Shown: in pieces, positions 54,151 through 64,000 of the stretch
How positions within the stretch are numbered: the first letter of the stretch is position 1
Layout: each line of letters starts with the position of its first letter
Assembly: GCA_040954595.2 (NCBI GenBank)
Contig: CM082598.2
Location: forward strand, 124,001 to 188,000
Direction: 5' to 3'
DNA: 64,000 nucleotides
Source: Balanoglossus misakiensis
Lineage: Eukaryota; Animalia; Hemichordata
Notes under the pieces: model-generated
Told to the model about the DNA's origin: nothing
The model's database searches: none
Seen by the model: the letters and a program-made list of their open reading frames with translations, nothing else
Made by a program: the position numbers and the translations under genes

Positions 54151-56667
54151 TCAAGATGAATCTTGCCGCTGAGAGACTCTGAAGTCCAGCGGGCAGAGTT
54201 TGGTGTACATCCGACGATAGCGCATGAAAAGAAGCAACGTCATCGATTCGGACACAAGATGTAATCGCTCCTTTCACATATAGGGATTCCGTTTAATGTT
54301 TCAGAAGGCTTTTCTCGCTGGTTTGTTACAACACCAGCCAAGCGCACATTTCTCTGTGTTACAACGCTCCTCCTTAATCGCGCATTGTACTCATCGTTGG
54401 CAGAACGGAACTAGATGATTCAGTCCATATGCTTGAAGTATGGCCTACCCTCAACATGCAAATATATTATAATTCCTATTACAATGTCCGTGTAACACAC
54501 TTCTAAAGCACAAGAGATATGAGTTCCAAATAAATCTGAAATTTAAGGTAGTTTTCTGAAGTGACAATTCCGTGCAAAAATGGACAGTTTTCATCAGGAA
54601 GTTACTTTGTGAAGCACAAGGTTTAATCTCCTGAATGAGTTAGTTCTTCTTATTATCTCAAAATGGCCGTTTTGTATTTTTGTACTTCGACACAATTTAA
54701 CCTCAGTACGATTATGCAATGAATTTACTTTAAAAGTAAAAGGTACGGTGCTTAGTGAAGGCACGTAAATTTTGTGAATTAAAATCCGTCCATTGTGACA
54801 ATGTGAGGAAACTTTTCAATCAATCAATCAACATGGTTTATACAAAAAAACTCAAAAATCTAATATTTTGACTTCGGTCGCATTGTATGTTCTTGTGAAC
54901 AGATATGTTTTCAGTTTTTTCCTGAAAGTTTCCAAAATTGGCCTACTGAAATAAATTAAATTAAACAAATAAAATAAAATTAATTAAATTAAAGCTACAA
55001 AGTCTGGTAATTAATGAACAACTGTTTTGAATGTTGCAAACACAATACTAAAAGCATATTGGATAAAATGATGGCAAATTTCAGTGATATTATTATTGTT
55101 TTCCTGATTTCTATTGGTTTTTACGCCTTTTGTACATGTATTGTTAAAAATCTGTAAAGTGCAATAATATTATGTAAGTTATGAAATATATTTATACCCA
55201 TTAAAATTCAATATTTACAGGAATAAAAACTACGAGTTCATAACATTTTCACGTACTGTGTGTGTGTGTGTGTGTGTCATATAATCCCTGTCTTATAAAC
55301 TCACTCTTCTCTGTCTCACTCACTCTTCCCATCATGCCATGCTGTCTAGCACTCGATCTCCTATAGAATGTTGAATTACTTGACGGATTTAGTCTACGCA
55401 CCCGTGACCACACAACGCATTGATTAACCTGATCATATATTTTATGTGCGGCAAGTATTCTGTAATGAAATGCTTTTTCACTCATTTTCGAGTACTCTTC
55501 TCAACGACAACCTCCGCGTAATGGCACAAAGAATTGCTTATGAACACCTGCCGATCGATAATGCAACCTTTCTACATTCTATTTGCTGGATCCACGGCTG
55601 CAAAGATATGCTGCCGTCACTGGTTTCCAAAGACAAAATGTTTCAACAAAAGTAAAACGGATGAGAACTGTCCCTTTCACGAAATTAATTTTGAATTGCG
55701 TGGACTAAGTATGTTCCTCCCTCTGAATCATTCTGAAAGTTGTCTAGATATTTTATATTTGTCGATTCACTTAAATTTCATGCAGAGTAGTGGATGATTT
55801 ATTCGCTTCATGTTGCGACATATAACAACAAAATTTGTCATCTAACCGCTTCTATCTCAGCTCTAGCTGAGACCAACGACGAAATCTAAGTTGCAACATT
55901 ACAACATAAACATTATACACATGTTTTTTAATATTAACAATAATAATATATTTTATTCTGTACCCGAATGACTTCCACGACACTGTAATGCTGTGAAGCC
56001 ATCAAAATCTCACTTGTACACAGAACGGCTAAGAGCTCACCACTATTTCGTTAAAATTCGTACATGACGAAAATAAAAACACAACATTGTTAATGGAGAC
56101 ACATGCACCCAGATAAAAATCCCATGTCTTCAATCTGTTATATGTTTTACTCGTCGATCACCTCCGATAGCGCTGCAGACTCATTTTTTATTGCAACTTC
56201 CCGGGTCGGTCTTGTAAATATTGTCCTTTTTTGCTCATTGTTTTTGTGTGAAATCTTAATCTTGATGATTACAGTATTGTATTGACTTATTCCGAGTTAG
56301 TACTCAAAAGAGTCCGTGCAATTGCGAGCCGTTTGAACTAATGCTTTGGTTTGGCGTTACTTAGTCACCTGGACTTTTGTATTTAAATCCTCAAAAATTT
56401 AAAACACAGCGAATACTGATTACACCCAAACCATGAAATGTGATGAAAACTTTGCAATACGTAATTTTGTGACGCCGACAAATTTGTAGTAAGAATACTA
56501 GACACAAATAGATTTTAACGTCAAAAGTCTACGTTTACATGTTTCAACGTCACAAATTCATTTTTGCACATTTCAATGTCACAAGTTAACGCTAAAATCC
56601 AACCATGCCACCTTATTGAATTATAGGTTGTTATGGGTTATTCCGCGAATTATTCATATGTGTTGTT

Positions 56668-57120
56668 TTATGATTTCTTCTCATTCGGGTCCATATTCTG
56701 AACATCATTCAGAACGTCTTGAAGATGCTTTATATACTTAATGGCCGCGCGAAGTGTCTCCACTTTGCTCAGGCGCTTTTCAGGATTGTCCAGGGGGATG
56801 TGCTCTCGCAGACGTACATAACCCTCGTTAACGCATCGTACTCTCTCTCGCTCCCTCTCGTTCCTCCGGCGGATGAAAGACGGCTCGTAGTCATAGTAGC
56901 CGAACGGATGCGGCAGAGGAACATATCCTGGGTAAGATGACATGTACGAGGAAGGATAGATGGGATCCACCACGGCATTCATAGCGATGTGATGATCGTC
57001 TGATCGCGGTTCGCCCGTCATCACAAGAGCGTTTCCGGGAGGACATTCGGTCATCGGAATTCCCAATTGAACACACGTCGGTGTGGAGTATGCTACGGGC
57101 TCGTTACTGCAATCCTCCAT
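56668..57120 (-). CDS. Achaete-scute family bHLH transcription factor, ASCb (ASCL3/4/5) type, single exon, 150 aa
   Basis: YEPSFIRRRNERERERVRCVNEGYVRLREHIP...KRLSKVETLRAAIKYIKHLQ; EPxFI and CVNEGY are ASCL3/4/5-type signatures. Confidence 0.92.
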   Translation of the reverse strand: MEDCSNEPVAYSTPTCVQLGIPMTECPPGNALVMTGEPRSDDHHIAMNAVVDPIYPSSYMSSYPGYVPLPHPFGYYDYEPSFIRRRNERERERVRCVNEGYVRLREHIPLDNPEKRLSKVETLRAAIKYIKHLQDVLNDVQNMDPNEKKS

Positions 57121-57625
57121 CTTAGCCTAATACTTAACTTACGACCTCGTGTAATTCTACCAAATAATACGGTCTTTCAGATATTTCCTTGGTCCGGTTT
57201 ACGATTATCCTCTCGGGAATATCGCTGCATGTATTGTAATTGGAGTCCCTCTTATATGTATGATAACGTTTCTCGCAAGATTGCCGGACGACGTAATCGA
57301 ACTTCACCTGAAAGTCGAAAACAACATCAGAATTTTAGAACACAACTTGAAGCAAACACCAGTTTAGCGCCAGTAAAAATTGTTCTTCATTGTTCAGCCT
57401 CGGTGCTTTTTATGTCTCGCCATTAATGGTAATCTGAATTTCAGAATTTATTCAGATTGAACCACATTCGCACGCTGATTAAACAAGTCGGATTTATTAA
57501 TGACAACACGTCGGTTATTGATACAGCGGAAGCCATAATGGAAAAGAAATATTATTTATGTTGTTCGCGATGACAATATGGTTGTGAAGTTTGATTAGTT
57601 CCCAAACGAACTATAAAATGTTAGA

Positions 57626-57650
57626 AGAGAGAGAGAGAGAGAGAGAGAGA
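57626..57650. repeat. (GA)n microsatellite
   Basis: Visible run; a second run lies at 58615-58643. Confidence 0.9.
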
Positions 57651-58611
57651 TTCAGAAAAGAAAAAACAGAAATGAAACACACATGTTATGGTAGAATACA
57701 TTTCCCTCTTAGAGGAATGTTAGACTAAAATGACCTAAAACGCGAACTTGTAAGGCCGAGGATTTGGCAATCCGTAAAATTTAAAATCAAATGTTGATTA
57801 AGCATTGAAGTATATCAGAAACGCTTCGGTCAACTTTTGACCGGGACGCCTGGTGAATTTAATTAACATGTTATACCTTCATAAAGAATAAATTTTCCGG
57901 TTCAAATATTTTAGATTTTTATCTTGCAGTATAATAATATTATCTCTCGGCATACGTAGCTTCCGCACCCGTCAAAAGCCAGCGTCGTATCATGTGCATC
58001 ACCGAGTTCTCTCCATTGAAATTATTTTGAAGTCAATTGTTCCAATGTACAAGGTAGGCCTTCTAATTGATCGTATCGCTAGATTAAAAAAATAAAAGTC
58101 GGTCGACAATTGGTATATTGTGGTTGTGTTTGTTTTTGTTTGTTTCGGTCTGACGAAATAAAAAAACCGGTGAGAATTTGCGTGTTTCGCTTTCCGCATT
58201 TGCACAAAAGCGCTTTCTGAGACATGAATACGATACGAGGGAGACCAGGCGGGGCGGCAGTTCAGCGTTCCGGCTTGGCTGTTCCCAAAAGGCGGCATGG
58301 CGGAACGAAACTGTCCGCACGATTACTTCGAGAGTTCTTTGATTGTTTGCGCTGCAATTCTTAATAAGTGGATAATAAGTTACGTGTAATTTCCGTTCCA
58401 GAGATGTTCGGTGAGATTTAAAGTGTTCGATATTAGGTACGAACGCCCTGTCCTCGCGTGCACTAAGCATCATTTACTGCTAATCCAAGTTGTTTGAAAT
58501 CTGAAAATGCCGAAGTCGTGATTTCCACGACTAGTTGTAAACAAGTCACTCTCTGTATAATTTCATCTGTGAATTGATGAAAGAACGGACGAAATGAACG
58601 ATGAATTTCAT

Positions 58612-58647
<36 letters not shown>

Positions 58648-61600
58648 CATTTGAATATATGTCTACTGTTACCCAAGAAACCATACATCACGAAAAAAAT
58701 TGTAATTAGGACCCCCTCTCCAACAACTGCAGGCGTACACTAAATCATAAAACATTGAACATTATCATTCAGCACTGCACCGCATAAAGTCTTAAACGCT
58801 TGTAAAAATTCACAAACTATCAAAGTATGAACCGGTTTCGGTAACACTTGTGAAAAATAACAAACACGCAATACTGTATGCATTTCAGAAGGGGGCGGCG
58901 ACCACTTAATACAATGTACACAGTCTTTTGAAGTGCCGTTTCCAAAAATTAACCCGCGTGAAATTAATTGATTTGAACAATAACGAGCAGTGACATGGAC
59001 AATGCATACATCTTCACGCCTCGCCGCTCGTTTGTCAACACACATAATCTGATCGTGCAAAGAGGCATATAGCAGCCTGCATAGAGCAACGCACTGCAAC
59101 CGATTCACATCACTACGATGAGTGTCTACATCCAATTGCAACCCATTACCCAACACGTACCTTAATAGTAGCCGTATATTTTCCAATGTTTAGCTTTTTT
59201 TCTGGCATTGTGATGGTAATTTGCGAGGTGTAGCCGTTATTCTCGGTTAAAATAAATATATGGGTACTCATTGCAGACGAACGCTTTTACACCCAAATAC
59301 ACACGTCATAGACGGATGATCAGCAAAACAACTTTCTGGGCGATGGAGACAAAACGGAAGACATTGAGAGATTTGTGAAAGCAGACATGACAGAGCAAGT
59401 GACAGATACACGAGGAAGATACGTTTTCGTTAGAAATAAAACCCCTTAAGATTTCTTCAGTCAAACAGAGACATCGAAAGGTAAGCTTAGTGATAATGAG
59501 ACGGGCTGCAGACTGGCACACACGTGGAAGAGAGAGAGAGAGGGGGGGGGGGTGGAGAGAGACTAAAACGAAAAAGTCAGAAACAACAGAATGTGTTATT
59601 AGCAAAGAGATTTTTGGCCACGCCAGAGATTCATCGCATATTAAAACATTGAGCCGCGTCAAATATATCGTGTTGAAAACTGATCCTACATGAACATAAA
59701 ATAATTAATTTGAATCTTCAGCGCAATGAAACAATTGACTCGCCAGCACCTGAGCACATAACAGACCACAATTTCCATTCTTCAACAAACTCTTTGCTTA
59801 TGGCTGCCCTCTCACCACGTGACACACTCTAAAATCATATCGGTCAGAACTGTCAGACAGGGAAAATGGATGTTTTGCATATTTCAACTAAACTAACCGG
59901 GGTTAATAAAAAAAAAGAATTATATCAGATTTTATAACTGAACTGATACAGCAGTACATGTATTTATAACGAAACAAGTGGTGTATACATTGGTAGTAAA
60001 TGTCAATGAGTCTAAAAATCTTTGTTTGCAATTTTCTTACTTAGTCGTAATCCGTTCACAAGTAATTAATTTAAGGCCAAGACAAAATTCTGAAAAAGCG
60101 CATGTTTTTGTGCTTGAAAAAAGATTCGTGCGACCATGAATCTAGCTGTCGCCGAGCGTGCATCTGGTAGAAGTCTTTTAGAATTTTGTAATTTGCCTTC
60201 GTTCGATATCTGCCAAGTGAGTTTTGTCTAAAAGAAAGCACACGACAAGATTCGGTAACTTTCATAGTTTGTCAGTTTAGCTTTTGCAAGTCGTTGTCGC
60301 TGTGTTGGCTTCTGGATATGTAACGGGGGACAGAATGACTGTGTATATTTGGTGATTTTTATATTGCTCTAATGATATGGTGGTTTAGTAATTCATTTCA
60401 GCATATACATTCAAATTGTGGATATTTCATGACGAAGCCAAGACGCTTCTGTCTCCGGAAGCAAGCGAGAACAAACATGACGCCAAGGGCGAATACCTGA
60501 GCATAGTGTTTGAAATTTCAATGCCTAGAAATCGGCTACGGAAGGAAAACATTTGTGAAACCTTACCCTTAACACGGCGGTGATATCGTCTCCTCAGCCA
60601 ATAGCTGCACCTTGTACAGTTGTTGTGTGCGATATGCCTTGGTTTGGTTCTGAACTGAATCATCTTACTTCAAGTCAACTACTTATACTCAAAGCCAAGC
60701 GTGACGATCACGTGACCTGCCAATGTTGCAACTTTTCATGCACACCGGGTATGTTCTATAAACAAAAATTAGTATGCCATGTTTTAATTGACTGAACATT
60801 TCTTGAAAGCAGATAGGATGTCGAGAGATTCTCTAGGCTGATAGGGAAGGCACTGAAAACAGATCACGTGATTAGTAGAAACACTTTGTTATCATTAAAT
60901 AAAGATCTATATAATTACTTGTATTAGCATATGCTTTGCTCTATGGGGACTTTCATGTCCCAGCTCACAGTTCATTAAATATTCAGAAACCCTTTTTCCT
61001 CTGGCTGTAGGAAGGTCTATGCAAAAAATTAACTTTTGGATCGATTTAATATACGAAAAAGTATCTCAATTTTCTATCAGTTCGCGTCACGACACTGCAA
61101 CTTTCCATGGCTTTGTTCTGACAACTGAAAAGTTAAACCAAGAAAAACGTAAAGTCAGATACGACGGCAAAATTATAAAACTGGCTATTCTTATATACAT
61201 GTGTTATTGCGGACTTCAAGTTTTCGATAATTCCGGCTACAGATAGAGTTGGAGATTCCTGTTTCTTAACATGTCTGTTTGTCTTCACGGATTTTGCTAA
61301 AGTGAAGAAAGAAAGTCTGACCCTGAAAATTAAAAAATAAGCGACTGTTGAGCAGTGAAAACAGAAACAAAAATAACAAAATATGGATATAAGTGAAAAA
61401 CGTTCGAATGTTGATTACAAACTAAAATGTCTTAAAAGTTGATTCATGTGGCCATTGTAGAGAATTATTAACAGCAAAAAAGAAACGTAATTCGTTCTTT
61501 TTAATAAAGACAGTTGTGATCACATTTAACTTTTAACTTGTCAAAAAAAATAATCCGTGCGCTCCTATTACAGTGGATGGTGTGTCAGAGCATACATTTC

Positions 61601-64000
61601 TTTGATTGTGCTTTTGAAAAGACCGTGTCAAACGGTCAAAACATGTCGATTAAAGGCAGTCGATTTGAGCAACTTATGATAATAACGGTATCAATGAGTT
61701 GATCATCGATACGGTAGTCAGGCTTTCTCTTTTTTCGCGGGGGTTCGAATAACAACGTCCGTTGAGCGCCGCCTTGCTTGATCGGCGAATCGATCCAACT
61801 GCGACACAAGGCGAACTTGAAACACAATCCTGGACAAACACGGTATCTTTTTGGTAGCGCGCGTAGTGTAAACATGGCGAGCCCGCTTTTCTATTCGCTA
61901 TAGTCCGAATGTTACATTAAGTGCGAGATGAAATAATTTTATCGGAGAGTATATACAATGAAGAAAGGAGATACACCCAGTTGCCTTGATGTAAAGGGGA
62001 AAGACGCTTGAAAGAGCGAGGTTTAGGTGGAGGCAGGCAGGCAGACAGACAGACAAACAGAGAGACCGACAGACAGACAGACAAACAGACAAACAGAGAG
62101 CAACGGTACAGAAACCGTTACCGTTCCAACAACAAAATGTCTAAAACATGTCGCTCTCCATTTGTTGACAGAATGAACAAATTTACCGATAACGTGCACT
62201 AAAACAGTACAGAAACAGTGAAAGATGATTCGGTAAAAATAAATTGCATTCTTCATGTCGACCACTCCTCCTTAATTATAAGAAACCCACCTGCTAGGCT
62301 GGTTGATATTAATATCAGATTGGAATGAGGATTCAATTTTGTTCATCTTCATGCTTACGATGGTTCTATTGATTTTCTGGAGTTTCCGGAAAGCCACTAT
62401 TGTCTCCGTGAAAGCCCCGTGTCAAGTGTATTCTACAAAAACCGAACAGGAGCTGCAGATAATGACATTGCAAATCCTGGATCACCGCGATTGTTCCGTT
62501 AATTCAAAGGCTTTTTCACTATGTGCTTCCCCTTATCTTAATTGTTGGCTTTCGATGTCTCTATCTAACACTTCACTGCGTTATGTCATCTCTCCCTCCC
62601 TCCTCTCTCTCCCTCCCTCTCTCACCTCCCCTCTCAATCTGTAAGTTACATACATTGTCTCACCGAAGAAGCGATAGGTTAATCTGATTCATGGAAACGA
62701 TGGGCCAAATCGACATGAATTCAACTACAGTCATTTGTGCTGGTGGATATATATGTATGGTATGTAAGTATGGACACGGATCACTGTTTAACCTTAGGGA
62801 GATTATTGTCAGAGTCTGTTGATAACCCATTTCCTTTAAGGGCGTAAATTGATATGAGAATGAATTATACCTCAGACCGGACATGGAAACATTTCGTCAG
62901 CGGCTATCCGCTTCCTATGAATACAAGTCCCTTTCCCGTCTTTTTATCGATTTTCGGGCAAAAATTTAACATATAAAACATTATATTAGCATACGTTATT
63001 GGTCTTGTGTGACAAAAATTACGACGCAAAAAAAATTGGCAAATTCGAACACAACTGATGAACGACGCATCGAAGATATTGTCAGACAGGAAAAAGTCGA
63101 GAATTCTCATATACGTTTTCTAAGAAACGTGTGATGACCGGGCCAATTTATGGTAACAGACATAGCTAAAATTGAAAATAAATAAACTTAAAACATATAC
63201 CCAAGTTTTCGTTGATCTAAACTACAAAAATCCAGGACCTGGAAAAAATTGAACTTTCGTTTTCTTTTTTTGTTTTGTAGAAAGATATCCTGGCAGTTTT
63301 TCCAAGTCCACCATCTTCAGCGCAGATGGATTGTTTTCTTTAGTCTCAAGACGCGAATGAAAAAGGACATTTTCAGAAAGGGTATATGAAAAATAGGCCT
63401 GGCTAACATTATCGACATTTTTATGACATTTTCACATTTATCATTATTTACATTTTCGAATGTGTGTCGCTCGAGGAATGCTATTCACTGAGTGTCTGTT
63501 AATGGTTGGCAATATTCCAACAATCTATGTGTGTACAAAGACAAGCTGAAACCATAGAGCAAAAAAGACCATCATCGAGCGAAGATCCATCGTGCATGAA
63601 AATGCACCGCGATCACGCAATTGACCGTTGTTATGACAACTTGTGGGGGGAAAACAATTGGTGGCAAGTCGATTGGAAAACGAGGCTCACTCAACCTGTC
63701 TTATCAATAAAACATCGAGTGACGTATTCGGTATGCGATAAGTGACCCCCCGGACTAAAAAGGAACTGCTCCCTTTTCAGAAATAGAGTAGGAAAAAATC
63801 GATAGATTTTATTAAAAGTTGCCATTCGCTACTGAGACTGTGAGCTCACCTGTTTTACGTGTGCAATTAAGCTGTAACTAGAGCCGCGATGAAACCAGGC
63901 AAGGCAGTGCTGTCGCCCATGGGCTATTGATCTGAACAACCTATAACCACGTACGTAATCGCGTCGTACATCTTATGCGCACGCACACAAACACCGATGC

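Noticed and set aside
57999-63745. ORF-track hits upstream of ASCL
   Set aside because: Short, no recognisable domains or splice structure, and several are derived from microsatellites.

Overview
Intron-rich, AT-rich animal genomic DNA, probably from an invertebrate deuterostome; the taxon is inferred from gene content and cannot be proven here. Exons were spliced by hand from the sequence. Gene order: 3' tip of an unidentified membrane-protein gene (+), AMN1 (+), PIH1D1 (-), tubby-family TUB/TULP (+), three tandem intact 7-exon GDP-L-fucose synthase (GFUS/TSTA3) paralogs (-), TOLLIP (-), a WSCD-family sulfotransferase without WSC domains (-), a small probably GPI-anchored single-Ig protein (+), an ASCL3/4/5-type bHLH gene (-), then about 7 kb of non-coding upstream DNA. 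MITEs, hairpin elements, a LINE fragment and a tRNA-derived SINE head are scattered throughout. Two observations stand out. (1) The GFUS triplet shows reciprocal active-site loss: copy 1 is canonical, copy 2 lacks both epimerase residues (Cys->Met, His->Gly) but keeps the reductase Ser/Tyr/Lys, and copy 3 keeps Cys/His but has Tyr->Phe. This suggests the bifunctional enzyme has been split or redirected toward an unusual GDP-6-deoxyhexose. (2) A 4,152-nt open, phase-0/0 cassette exon in TOLLIP intron 1 would give a roughly 1,690-aa giant TOLLIP with a Q/P/S/T-rich disordered insert ending in an acidic LIR-like motif.
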